Below are positions 45,488-55,723 of a DNA stretch of 64,000 nucleotides, in pieces. The stretch is taken from the IMG/VR virus record IMGVR_UViG_3300035204_001874, positions 1 to 64,000 of that record; one strand, given 5' to 3'. Origin of the DNA: a virus. The position numbers and the translations under genes are program-made. The notes beneath the pieces were generated by a model, which did no database searches, was not told the DNA's origin, and saw only the letters and a list, made by a program, of their open reading frames with translations. How positions within the stretch are numbered: the stretch's first letter is position 1; each line of letters opens with the position of its first letter.

Positions 45488-46795
45488 ATGAGCGATTGCA
45501 TACCGCTATTTAAATCGCATTACAGTATTGGCAGATCAATACTAACGTTAAATGCTCCGTCTGAAAATGGAGACAGTTCCCCTAGGTCGATCTTCGATAT
45601 TTTAATTAAAAATAAAATTAAGGAATTTTTTTTGGTTGAAGACTCTATGAGCGGGTTTCTGGAGGCTTACGTTAACTCCAAAGAAAACAAAATTAAATTA
45701 AACTTTGGTTTAAGACTCAACTTCCTATGTAGCATAGAAGAAAAAAACGAAGAAGCAGTTAGAGATAGATGTAAATATATAATCTTTGCGAAAAACACAG
45801 AGGGATATAAACGCCTCATAAAGATTTGGACGCTTGCCTCAAAAGAAGGTTTTTACTATACCCCCAACATTGACTTTAAAGTTCTAAAGCAATTTTGGGA
45901 TAACGACGATCTACTTCTTTGTGTTCCCTTTTATGATTCCTATCTTCATCGAAACTGTTTAGAGTCTGCTAATTGCGTGCCCGATCTTTCGTATACAGAA
46001 CCTACCCATTTCATTGAAGATAATGGGGTTCCATTTGATTACCTTATTAAAAATAGGATAATGAATTACGTTAAGGATACTGGACACAAAACTCAAGAAA
46101 CCAAAAGTATTTACTACGAAAATAAAGAAGACTTTTTATCTTATCTTACGTTTAGGTGTGTTAACAACAGGTCTACGTTAGAAAAACCCAACATAGACCA
46201 TATGTGTAGTGATGAATTTTGCTTCGAGAGTTGGGCGAAGCAAATGAATCTAGAAGTCATTAACAAAAAACCTGAAAAGAAAACTGCCGTTCCTAAAAAC
46301 AAAAAAGACAATATAATAACTTTGACAAAAGAACAGCAGAAATACGCGAACCAAATTGGAAGCAAGAGGCAAGAGTATAACGAATCTATAAATAAAAAAG
46401 ACGCCTACGGCTTCAAAGGTGACGGAAAAAAAATTCACATACAAGGAGCAAGAGCGGAACTGTCTGTAGCCTTAGCTCTGAAACAGGATTGGGCAGACTT
46501 CAAGGAAGACTATACGTCCATAATGGCTGATGTTGGAGACAACATTCAAGTTAGGAGTACCGATTACAAAGACGGTAATCTTTTAGTCCACCCGAAGGAT
46601 AAAGATAATCAAGTTTTTGTTCTAGTGAAATCTCACAACTATCCAGAGATGGAAATTTCTGGCTGGGTTTTGGGTAAAGACGCTAAAAAGAAAGAGTTCT
46701 GGGAGGATGGCTCTAACTTTCCTAAGTTCAAGGGGAGAGCTTGCTATCGATTTCCTCATGAAAAATTAAATCCAATTATAACTTTAGAGGTGTAA
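45488..46795 (+). CDS. DnaE N-terminal PHP-domain piece fused to a PD-(D/E)XK-like domain
   Basis: PLFKSHYSIG, SMSGF, FAKNTEGYKRL, GFYYTPNID; then QGARAELSVA...ADVGDNIQVRST. Confidence 0.8.
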   Translation: MSDCIPLFKSHYSIGRSILTLNAPSENGDSSPRSIFDILIKNKIKEFFLVEDSMSGFLEAYVNSKENKIKLNFGLRLNFLCSIEEKNEEAVRDRCKYIIFAKNTEGYKRLIKIWTLASKEGFYYTPNIDFKVLKQFWDNDDLLLCVPFYDSYLHRNCLESANCVPDLSYTEPTHFIEDNGVPFDYLIKNRIMNYVKDTGHKTQETKSIYYENKEDFLSYLTFRCVNNRSTLEKPNIDHMCSDEFCFESWAKQMNLEVINKKPEKKTAVPKNKKDNIITLTKEQQKYANQIGSKRQEYNESINKKDAYGFKGDGKKIHIQGARAELSVALALKQDWADFKEDYTSIMADVGDNIQVRSTDYKDGNLLVHPKDKDNQVFVLVKSHNYPEMEISGWVLGKDAKKKEFWEDGSNFPKFKGRACYRFPHEKLNPIITLEV

Positions 46796-46801
46796 TATAA
46801 T

Positions 46802-47008
46802 ATGTGGGAGTCTTTACGTACAAAGAGGTTCAAGATACGCTTTTTAAAGAAAAAAAAAGGCATCAAGAACGACTTAAGTCTAGTAGCCCACAAGTTGACA
46901 AAGAATACTCCCGCCACGCCATCTTTGTTATCTCAGACCTTCAGAAAGATTTTAAAAAGCTTTTTACGGACAAGTACAGCTAAGAGAACTGGGGGTGCTT
47001 ATGCGTGA
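46802..47008 (+). CDS. Small basic ORF (uncertain)
   Basis: Preceded by the GTGTAAT motif. Confidence 0.35.
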   Translation: MWESLRTKRFKIRFLKKKKGIKNDLSLVAHKLTKNTPATPSLLSQTFRKILKSFLRTSTAKRTGGAYA

Positions 47009-47642
47009 GCATCTACTTAGGTTTGATAAATCTAAAACTTACGTTTTCATAGACTGTGAGACGTTTAACCTATGCTTAAATAACTCATACAATCTCCCTT
47101 GGCAAATCGCAATGATTAAAGCCGTCTCTGGCAAAAAGGTAGCGGAAAAAGACTTTTACATCAAATGGGACACAGACCTAGAGATAGGAGAAGAAGCCGC
47201 CAGAATCACACGTTATAGTCAGAAGAAAATGGACGATATAGGCATCCCCCCAGAGCAAGCTTTCCCTACAATAAGAGATTGGCTAGATAACGCTGACTGG
47301 ATAGTAGCTCACAACATGCTCGGGTTTGATCTGTATCTAATTAAAGACTTTTATAAGGTAAACAACTTAGATTATAGGCATTTGATGCCCAAGATTCTTG
47401 ATACTAACTCTCTTGCGAGAGGTATCAAAATTGGCATCCCCCACAAGGAAGAAGAGGGCTCTTTAATTGAGTACCAGTACCGTATGACTAATATGCGTAA
47501 AAAAGGCGTTAGAACGAATCTGACGGCCCTTGGGAAGGAGTATGGGATTGATCATGACTACAGCAAACTGCACGATGCCATAGTTGATTTGGAGTTAAAT
47601 TTGAAAGTTTGGAACAAGATAAAATGGCAGATAGAAATATAG
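46995..47642 (+). CDS. DnaQ-like DEDDh 3'-5' exonuclease
   Basis: IDCET, AHNMLGFD, LDT, LHDAIVD. Confidence 0.9.
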   Translation: MLMREHLLRFDKSKTYVFIDCETFNLCLNNSYNLPWQIAMIKAVSGKKVAEKDFYIKWDTDLEIGEEAARITRYSQKKMDDIGIPPEQAFPTIRDWLDNADWIVAHNMLGFDLYLIKDFYKVNNLDYRHLMPKILDTNSLARGIKIGIPHKEEEGSLIEYQYRMTNMRKKGVRTNLTALGKEYGIDHDYSKLHDAIVDLELNLKVWNKIKWQIEI

Positions 47643-50218
47643 ATTTTAAGTCTCATTTTGAAGGGATAAATCTACCTCTTTACGGGGTGCGTTTACCCAG
47701 TTTTAAAATTGAAAATGAGTACAAAAGGGAGATTCACGTTAGTGAAGATATTAGTAATTATGATTTTCTTCGTTCATTAGCTAACTTAGGATTTAAAAAT
47801 TTAAAAATAAATAAAAATAACCCCTTATATAACCGCTATGTCGAAAGAGCTAAGTATGAAATTGATACTCTTGCAGACTTAGGCTTCGTGGATTATGTAT
47901 TGCTGGTCTGGGACGTTATTAATTATTGCAAGAAAAACGATATTCCTACGGGCCTTGGGCGAGGCAGTGCTGCTGGCAGTTTAATTCTGTTTTTAATAGG
48001 GGTAACAAAGGTTGACCCCATCGAGTACGGACTTTATTTTGAGAGGTTTGTTTCCAAGGTTCGAGCTAAGAAGCGCATTGTTGATGGGGTGACATACCTC
48101 GACGGTTCCTTAATGTGTGATGTCGATCTTGATATATGCTATTATAATCGATTAAATGTCATAAAATATTTAGAAGAAAAGTTCAAAGGTAAGACTTCTA
48201 AAATTCTCACCTTCAATACTCTTAGCGGCAAGCTGTGCATTAAAGAGTGTGGCAAAATTGTAGGAAAGAAAAACGAGCAAGAGATGAATTTAGTTTCCTC
48301 AATGATTCCAAAAGTTTTTGGCAAAGTTAAAGACATTGAAGAAGCTTATAATGAGGTGGACGAATTCAAGGAATGGTGTGACGAAAACAAGCTCTCTTAC
48401 GAAATCGCCTTGAAGATTAAGGGTCTCATAAAAAACAAAGGAGTACACCCCTCTGCCTTAGCTTTATCATATGAAAATATGATGGAGAGTTGCCCAACCG
48501 AGCTCACTAAAGTCTCCGAAAAATCATCAGATAAAGTTTCAGTATCGTCTTACGATATGAATTGGACATCTGTTTCAAACGTAAAGCTTGATCTGCTCGG
48601 TTTACGTTCCGTTTCAGTCATTGATGATGTTTGCAAAAATGTAAAAGTTGAGGTTCAAGATATCGATCTGAATGACAGTTTTATATATGAAAAGCTTCAA
48701 GACCTAAGGACTCCACATGGACTATTTCAAATTGAAGCGGACACCAACTTTAAAGTATGCAGAAAAGTTAAACCTAAAACGCTCGAAGAATTGAGCGCAG
48801 TACTAGCCTTAGCTCGACCAGGAGCATTAGCTTACGTAGATCAATACGCTGATTACGCAAACAATGGAATTTATGAGCCAAGCCACCCCTTCTTTGACGA
48901 CATCTTAAAAGAGACTGGGGGAGTTGCGTTATATCAAGAACAACTAATGAAAATGGCGAACAAAATCGGCTTCACCCTTGACGAAGCGGAGCTATTGCGT
49001 CGTATAGTTGGTAAGAAGAAAAGAGCCGAAGTTAGAAAATGGAAAAAGAAAATTAAAAGCAAAGTTAAAGAGAGCGGCCTTGACCCTGACGTCGGTAAAG
49101 TTCTTTGGAAAATTCTTGAGGATTCAGCAAACTATTCATTCAATAAATCTCATTCTATTTCTTACGCTGCCTTAGCGGCCACCACAATTTACCTCAAGTT
49201 TAAATATCCACAGCAGTTTTTCTTGAGTTTGCTAAGGATGACTAGGCACGAGCCAGACCCGATAAACGAAATTTCAAAAATTCAAAAAGAAATGTCGGCG
49301 TTCGATACTCGTCTCTTGGCTCCTCATATTACAAAATCTAGAATGGACTTCACCGTTGAAGGCGACGACATTCGGTTTGGCTTGCTTTCTATTAAAGGGA
49401 TTTCCGATAAGTCGATAGAAAAGCTAAACAAATTCAAAAAAGATACCTCTACCAAATTTGAAGTGTTCGAAGCGGCCAGCGAGGCTGGGCTTACTATTGG
49501 TATTTTGTGCGCTTTGATTCAAGCTGGAGCTTTTCAAGGGTTCATTCAATCTAGAACAAAAATCGTATATGAAGCTCAACTATGGAACGTCTTAACAAAA
49601 AGGGAAAAAAAGTTCTGCATGGAAGCTTCAGCCAAGCATGATCATGATTTAGTAAAAGCGTTAAAATATGTTTGCTCTCAAAATAATGAGAGAGGTAAGC
49701 CTTTAATTAAAGAATCAAGGTTAGGAACAATAAAAAAGAAATCCCTACCCTACAAAGAGATTTTTGAGCTCAATAGGTTCTCGGAAAGTTTTGCTAATTG
49801 GTATTACGAAAATCATTTGCTGGGATACACCTACGGAAAAACCTTGAGAGATATTTTCATTGATACCTTACCGGACTTAGAGTCCATTAGAAACGTGAAC
49901 AGCAGAGAGCAAAGGGATACGGTCCATTTTGTTGGGACAATAAGCGGTAAACCTTCAACGAGGATGTCCAAAAAGGGTAACCGCTATTTTGTTGCTGATG
50001 TTGGAGACGAATCTGCCAATGTAAAAATAATGATGTTTGGAGGTAGAATTGAAGAATGCCAAGAACGTAACGCTAACGAGTTACCTAAAGAAAAAAATAT
50101 AGTCGTTGTCAAAGGACAAAAGCAGGAAGACAACACTGTGTTTGCCAATTCGATTACGATCCAAACAAATAAAATTTATACCCGCTTCTCTGAAATAAAT
50201 AAAAAGCTAAGAATATAG
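47609..50218 (+). CDS. dnaE: DNA polymerase III alpha catalytic core (no N-terminal PHP)
   Basis: GRGSAAGSL, LYFERF, CDVDLD, KLDLLGL, LYQEQLM, YSFNKSH, C-terminal OB fold. Confidence 0.93.
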   Translation: MEQDKMADRNIDFKSHFEGINLPLYGVRLPSFKIENEYKREIHVSEDISNYDFLRSLANLGFKNLKINKNNPLYNRYVERAKYEIDTLADLGFVDYVLLVWDVINYCKKNDIPTGLGRGSAAGSLILFLIGVTKVDPIEYGLYFERFVSKVRAKKRIVDGVTYLDGSLMCDVDLDICYYNRLNVIKYLEEKFKGKTSKILTFNTLSGKLCIKECGKIVGKKNEQEMNLVSSMIPKVFGKVKDIEEAYNEVDEFKEWCDENKLSYEIALKIKGLIKNKGVHPSALALSYENMMESCPTELTKVSEKSSDKVSVSSYDMNWTSVSNVKLDLLGLRSVSVIDDVCKNVKVEVQDIDLNDSFIYEKLQDLRTPHGLFQIEADTNFKVCRKVKPKTLEELSAVLALARPGALAYVDQYADYANNGIYEPSHPFFDDILKETGGVALYQEQLMKMANKIGFTLDEAELLRRIVGKKKRAEVRKWKKKIKSKVKESGLDPDVGKVLWKILEDSANYSFNKSHSISYAALAATTIYLKFKYPQQFFLSLLRMTRHEPDPINEISKIQKEMSAFDTRLLAPHITKSRMDFTVEGDDIRFGLLSIKGISDKSIEKLNKFKKDTSTKFEVFEAASEAGLTIGILCALIQAGAFQGFIQSRTKIVYEAQLWNVLTKREKKFCMEASAKHDHDLVKALKYVCSQNNERGKPLIKESRLGTIKKKSLPYKEIFELNRFSESFANWYYENHLLGYTYGKTLRDIFIDTLPDLESIRNVNSREQRDTVHFVGTISGKPSTRMSKKGNRYFVADVGDESANVKIMMFGGRIEECQERNANELPKEKNIVVVKGQKQEDNTVFANSITIQTNKIYTRFSEINKKLRI

Positions 50219-50221
50219 ACA

Positions 50222-53200
50222 TCAAAGACTGTCTTCCTTATAGCCCTCTTCTCCTTGTTTATCTCCGGTGACTAGCCCCTGCTTAATATCCCAACAAGTG
50301 GTGCCTTCTGGAACCACGTATCCCCCCTTTGGCATTATCGTGTCACCAATGTTGCCAACAGGCTTGTCAAGTTTTAGCTTGTATCTTGGGTTTATCATTG
50401 GGTCAACAGTTAAAGAATCATAAATAGCCCAATGTTGGGTAATTAAGTAACGTTTTGTTATGTGGTCGCTGTTTTCACCAACGTCCATTGGTTGTCCAGC
50501 TTCTCCACAGATCATTAAGTAGGTATTGGTATACGTATAACCGTCGTCTTTTGGTTTGCTTTCCCAAGACATATGCCCCCCATTATAATGAAAAGCATCG
50601 CTAATTGTGGGCCATAAGTATTTATTATAATTTTCAGGAGCCTCGCTTTTAATCGCTAACATGTGGCCGCCACTCACCGTTGATCCTTCGATGGTGCTAA
50701 CGTTCCATCTTGTGAGCATTTTAGACGGAGCCGAATGTACGGGGTGTTTGTCATCGTTGGGCATCACGATATCTCCCCTTTTAAGAACGTCGGATGCGTA
50801 GTGAGGGTAGTCTATAAGGTCAAACCATGGGTCATCACTAACATCTTTCAGAACTATACCCTCAGTAAATATTGATGCCTCCTCTTGATTCTGGTAAGAC
50901 AAGTATCCCGTTAACGAGCAGTTTCCGCTTTGTACAAACTTAAATTCTGAATCGTTAGGTAGTTCACCTGGGGTCTCATAGTATGGTTGGAAATCTTTTA
51001 ATGTAACTTTTATTGTTGAAATTTCTCTCCATCCAGAAACCTTAACATACGTAGCTGGAATAGTACCCTCTTCACATTCAGTATCACCAGGTTCACAGGT
51101 TGTGGTAGTCGTTGTTGTTGACATATCACCCCCAAAAGGGTCCATTCCAACGCACCCTGTAGCAGCCCATCCTCTTGCTAACATTCTTCCGTGTCCGGTG
51201 ATTTTTTCATAATCATAACCACCATCTCCGTTGGCGATGCAACTCCATTCTCCAGTCGAAGCAGCATCAAAAAGAAATCCTTCGTTACGTATTACTTCTT
51301 TGTGAAATTCAAGTTCGAGATCGTTATCCTTTGCAAATAATTCAATTTTTTTATTTCCGATTGGGCCTGTTCCAGTAATTGAAATCGAATGAGGTATTGA
51401 GTATATAGGGCAACCGCCCAATCCCATATCTCCTCCTCCGTAACCATTTGGCGGACCAAAATCATACATTGCCATCTCCATCCCGTCAGCCATCTCAAAT
51501 CCGTCTAAATAAACTGGCCTTCTAAAATGCATATGTATTCCAGTATCAGAAAGATTAAATAAAAATACTTTATCTTCTGCGAATTGTGGATAGGGATCGA
51601 CACCGGGGTGTATACCTAATTCGCCCTCAAGATTAGTGCACGCTTCCTCTAGGTACATCTCTTTTTCCGACAGAAGATTGTCTTCGCATTGAGCCATCTG
51701 GGGGTCTAAAGGTTCAAAACCAGTTCCCTTAAAGTCATAATTCCCAGTTACTGCAATAAGACAGCCGGACCTTAATCCCATCCAATGATCTCCATAGATG
51801 TTATGCTCATTATACATTGACCCAGTAAAGGACTTTGCTTCCGTTGGGTGATATCTGTTTTTGGTCCAAATGCCAGTAGTTCCATCATCGCTGACCATGG
51901 GGTCAAAATAAATTGGGTCATATGTATCCAACATTTCGCCATCCCAAAAAATATTACAATTGTATGCGCCTTCGTTTTGAACAGATAGAGCTTCAATAAT
52001 AGAAGAATAATCTAGCCCGTATTTTTCTAAGACAAATGAGGGCTTGGCATACGTTGCCTCGATATCAAATATATAGCCCGTGAAACGATGATAACCTCCA
52101 AACGCCATCGTCGCCCTCTTTGGACCATCACCGATGTATTGAACAATGTCTGGTGTCCCTATTTTGTTTCCCGCACAAAAGCTTACTTCATTATCATAAA
52201 AAGAATGATTTCTTGTTTGCGTGCTATCCTCAATAACCGTGTTATTGCTGGAGGGGTCATTGTTATTATCGAACTCTGCCGTTTCAGATTGTGGCGAAAA
52301 GTTTTCATCTATTAAATTGCCCCAAGACATTCCAGCGTGCTCTTTTTGATGAACAGGTTGGTATTTCCCTTCTTCGTTTTTGACTCCATGAGTCATAACG
52401 ATTTCTCCACGCTCACTAATGTAGCCGCCAGAACAAATATCTTTAGAAATATACTCTTCTATTTTGACAGAAAATTTAATCTTCGTCGGGAATCCAGATA
52501 TCAAACTCGCATACTCTGGGTCTTTCAGTTCTGACTCGTAATATTTTGCGAAAGCTCCTGAGGCGTGAGGGTACATGAACTTGTAACGAGTGCTTGCGAA
52601 TGGGCCTCGCCAATACCTTGGTGGATTTTCTCCCCTTTGTTTACCGTAGAGCGGAGCCCACCCCCACTCTTCTGGCGTGATTCCATTATCATAAGAACCA
52701 TCACTACACATGCCATTAATGCATTGTGTATAATTACAAAACTCAAGCTCGTCGCCTTCTTGGCCCGCCATGCAATCAAATGGACATTGGACTTTTATCG
52801 GGTTATCGCACATGGCCATCATGGGGTCTTCGGAGGTGGTGGTTGTTGTGCTTCCACCTGCTCCTCCCCCGCCACACTCTGGGTCCATCGGATCACACGT
52901 TGTTGTCGTCGTTGGAGCGGCAGTTGTTGTCGGGGCGGCGGTTGTCGTGGTAGTCGTTCCAAAGAGTGCTCTACATCTAGATAAATTTGGAATAGAAGCT
53001 AAAGAACGGCTGGTGTGCCAACCATTTTCAATTCCACTAAATGGAAAATAAGACGGAGGATTTGGGTCTACCCACCAATAATTTAAAGTCTTACTTGAGG
53101 TTGTTGAATACCCCGTCCATTCGGACATGCATGAAACAATTTCTCCTGCGTGTTCTTCTCCGGTATATATGTAGCCAGTTATAAATTCATCCCAATAACT

Positions 53201-55696
53201 TGGGCCTGAGACCCCAAGAATAGTTTCTGAATATAAAATTTCGGCTCCGCTAACAGCCAATACGTCAGACAAAGGCGCACTTTGATTAATCGTGTAACTT
53301 GTATCCGAGTTCGTTTTATATAATCTATCTGGATCAATGTTTCCAGTGGGAACGGAATAAAAGGTCCATTTATGTCCAGCGTTTTCTCTATTCCAGCCTG
53401 AAATCTCATAATCTTGAGAGCAATCTCCCATCCCGAAGAATCTATTAGCTGTTAATTTTTGATTATGACGCCCTTCGGTTGGGTGGATTGTTTTTTCATA
53501 TGCGCTATTGTGTATATTGGGGTGTACGTTATTTCCTGTAAGTTGGCCTAAGTTATCTAGCCCTGGTTCATAAAGATAAGTTTCATCGTAGTTATTTGAA
53601 ATTGGGTCTGATTCAAATATAAGGTCCATTTCTCCATTGATGGCCTCAGAAAATCCAGGGTTAGTATATTTTCGGGACATTGGAATATTCCACCCTCCCG
53701 TTTCCATCGTGTGGTAAGGAGGAAGGGTAGGATTATTTATAAATTTCCACATCCACCCCGGAGTAATTGTGAGCGATGCACTTTGCCTATTTGTTTTGTT
53801 GTCTGATACGATTTGTGCGTGAGCAAATGGACCTCCTTCGAAATCATTAGCCCAACCACCCTTGGCGACTTCAGCGTATCTTAGATACGCGGGTTGAGGG
53901 GGGCCAACCGTACCTTTTATGACTCCCGCTGTGGGAACGGTAGCGGCGAAAGCTCTTCTTCCGACGCTCGTGAAATTTATAATTGGGTTAACTTTATGAT
54001 CTTTATATTGTCCGTAAAGCCTCGCTGGATGAAATTCTATGGGAGCTATAGCAAACCCAGTTCTTTCTATTACTGTCGTATCATCCCACCAATAAGCCGC
54101 AGAACCTATATCCTCTTTAAGGATGTGATGCCTTAAGCTCATATCTCGCTCTACCCCCACCGGAAACGCAAGTGGAGCTTGTATTTCGTATTGGTCAGCC
54201 CACTGCCAAGAATAAGGACTCCAAGTTCCCCCGCCATTCTGACATTTTGCTTCGGTTGTAAAATCGCAATGGCCATGCTCTTCACTTCCCGGACCTTCAT
54301 TGTGTGCATGGCTTGCTCCCGCAGCCCAATACCCACCAACATTTTCACAATCTTCTTTGCTTGTTATGGTAAAACCAGCGCATTGTGATGCCCACGTTAG
54401 GCAGTAATTCTTTCCTTCTACTCCGTACCCACACATTCCATACAGGTAATTTCCTTGCGAGTTGTAACAACACCCATGTCTATAAGCATCTCTCCAAGGT
54501 CTCCCGTCTGTTGTTTCGTGATCGTTCACATAGGAGTAAGCTTCAAAGTGAGAGCCATCGGTAACCGTATGCATTAAATTTGAGCCCTCATACCAAGCAG
54601 TCAGCCATGTACCGTCTGCGTGCTTATATGATTCAGCGTTATCAAAGTCCCAGTTATCGCCGTAAAGTGCTCCGATTGGGTAATTTTCTCTTAACCTTTG
54701 CTCTATGTACTCTATAGCTTTTGAGGAATACTGTCCGTACACTGGGGGAGCTTCTACGGTTACCCTACTCAACATGCTTCCGGTAACTGGAGCGATATTG
54801 TAGGATTCATCTATGCATGGATAATCTATTGGTCCGATATTTTTGTACCCAGTTATCTTATCGTCGTCATTCAACACTGGAACGGACACGTCTTCGCAAT
54901 AACGCTCATCTTTCCAGCTAAGGTCTGAATAAACAAATTCTGCTTCAAGTTTGTAGGCTTGAAGCTCGCTATCTTTCATTACTTGGGGATCAAGGTGTCC
55001 ATCGGAAAAGATGTCAGTTAAATCTTCAAAACCAAAAGACGTCATTATCGTCTCCACGGTTCCTTCTGAAGATTGTTCGACTTTAACTTCTTTTAGGACG
55101 TCTTCATAACTTAATTCAGTAAGCGCGACCATGTCTCCAAAAGTCATTTCTACTGATATCCTGTGTTTAAAAGCGAAATACCCAAGCATTCTTTGGTATA
55201 AAAAGAAAACCTCAAAACCGCTTTTCATCCCCTCCATTCCCATCGATAAACCTAATGCTACGGCACACGCAGCAATATCAGTCTTAAGTTCTGAACTGCC
55301 CGAACTTATAACCACCTTTGGTTTAGCGTATTCAACATATTGGTGAAACTTAGATTCGCTATCAAATCCTTCGGCGGCTTGTAATTTTTCTATATTGTCT
55401 TCACCCGAGTCGCTCACTACTGATTCGCCAGCCATACTTTCACTTTTTACAGTTTTGTAACCGCCCCTACCAAGAATGTCCTGAACGGTACTTCCTGCTG
55501 TGGCTCCTGCTGAATCTGACGCCATGCCTAAAATTGCCGCTAATGCTGTTTCCAGCCTTGGAGCAAAATCAGGATTTGGAATATTCTTTACAAAATAACA
55601 AATAACAAAAGAAGAAGATTTCCCCGTAACTCTTATGAAAGTTTTCTCTGGTGAAGTTCGATAAAATTCACTATTATATTTTGTCGGCTTTGACAT
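50222..55696 (-). CDS. Giant putative virion/tail-associated protein (1824 aa)
   Basis: G/S/T/Y-rich, C..C..GG.W modules, poly-Thr linkers; function inferred only. Confidence 0.6.
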   Translation of the reverse strand: MSKPTKYNSEFYRTSPEKTFIRVTGKSSSFVICYFVKNIPNPDFAPRLETALAAILGMASDSAGATAGSTVQDILGRGGYKTVKSESMAGESVVSDSGEDNIEKLQAAEGFDSESKFHQYVEYAKPKVVISSGSSELKTDIAACAVALGLSMGMEGMKSGFEVFFLYQRMLGYFAFKHRISVEMTFGDMVALTELSYEDVLKEVKVEQSSEGTVETIMTSFGFEDLTDIFSDGHLDPQVMKDSELQAYKLEAEFVYSDLSWKDERYCEDVSVPVLNDDDKITGYKNIGPIDYPCIDESYNIAPVTGSMLSRVTVEAPPVYGQYSSKAIEYIEQRLRENYPIGALYGDNWDFDNAESYKHADGTWLTAWYEGSNLMHTVTDGSHFEAYSYVNDHETTDGRPWRDAYRHGCCYNSQGNYLYGMCGYGVEGKNYCLTWASQCAGFTITSKEDCENVGGYWAAGASHAHNEGPGSEEHGHCDFTTEAKCQNGGGTWSPYSWQWADQYEIQAPLAFPVGVERDMSLRHHILKEDIGSAAYWWDDTTVIERTGFAIAPIEFHPARLYGQYKDHKVNPIINFTSVGRRAFAATVPTAGVIKGTVGPPQPAYLRYAEVAKGGWANDFEGGPFAHAQIVSDNKTNRQSASLTITPGWMWKFINNPTLPPYHTMETGGWNIPMSRKYTNPGFSEAINGEMDLIFESDPISNNYDETYLYEPGLDNLGQLTGNNVHPNIHNSAYEKTIHPTEGRHNQKLTANRFFGMGDCSQDYEISGWNRENAGHKWTFYSVPTGNIDPDRLYKTNSDTSYTINQSAPLSDVLAVSGAEILYSETILGVSGPSYWDEFITGYIYTGEEHAGEIVSCMSEWTGYSTTSSKTLNYWWVDPNPPSYFPFSGIENGWHTSRSLASIPNLSRCRALFGTTTTTTAAPTTTAAPTTTTTCDPMDPECGGGGAGGSTTTTTSEDPMMAMCDNPIKVQCPFDCMAGQEGDELEFCNYTQCINGMCSDGSYDNGITPEEWGWAPLYGKQRGENPPRYWRGPFASTRYKFMYPHASGAFAKYYESELKDPEYASLISGFPTKIKFSVKIEEYISKDICSGGYISERGEIVMTHGVKNEEGKYQPVHQKEHAGMSWGNLIDENFSPQSETAEFDNNNDPSSNNTVIEDSTQTRNHSFYDNEVSFCAGNKIGTPDIVQYIGDGPKRATMAFGGYHRFTGYIFDIEATYAKPSFVLEKYGLDYSSIIEALSVQNEGAYNCNIFWDGEMLDTYDPIYFDPMVSDDGTTGIWTKNRYHPTEAKSFTGSMYNEHNIYGDHWMGLRSGCLIAVTGNYDFKGTGFEPLDPQMAQCEDNLLSEKEMYLEEACTNLEGELGIHPGVDPYPQFAEDKVFLFNLSDTGIHMHFRRPVYLDGFEMADGMEMAMYDFGPPNGYGGGDMGLGGCPIYSIPHSISITGTGPIGNKKIELFAKDNDLELEFHKEVIRNEGFLFDAASTGEWSCIANGDGGYDYEKITGHGRMLARGWAATGCVGMDPFGGDMSTTTTTTTCEPGDTECEEGTIPATYVKVSGWREISTIKVTLKDFQPYYETPGELPNDSEFKFVQSGNCSLTGYLSYQNQEEASIFTEGIVLKDVSDDPWFDLIDYPHYASDVLKRGDIVMPNDDKHPVHSAPSKMLTRWNVSTIEGSTVSGGHMLAIKSEAPENYNKYLWPTISDAFHYNGGHMSWESKPKDDGYTYTNTYLMICGEAGQPMDVGENSDHITKRYLITQHWAIYDSLTVDPMINPRYKLKLDKPVGNIGDTIMPKGGYVVPEGTTCWDIKQGLVTGDKQGEEGYKEDSL

Positions 55697-55723
55697 TTTT
55701 TATTCAGGATAACGGATGTTATT

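Noticed and set aside
25705-50218. Inteins or introns in nrdA, recA, dnaB or dnaE
   Set aside because: Lengths are normal and no intein or LAGLIDADG motifs were seen.
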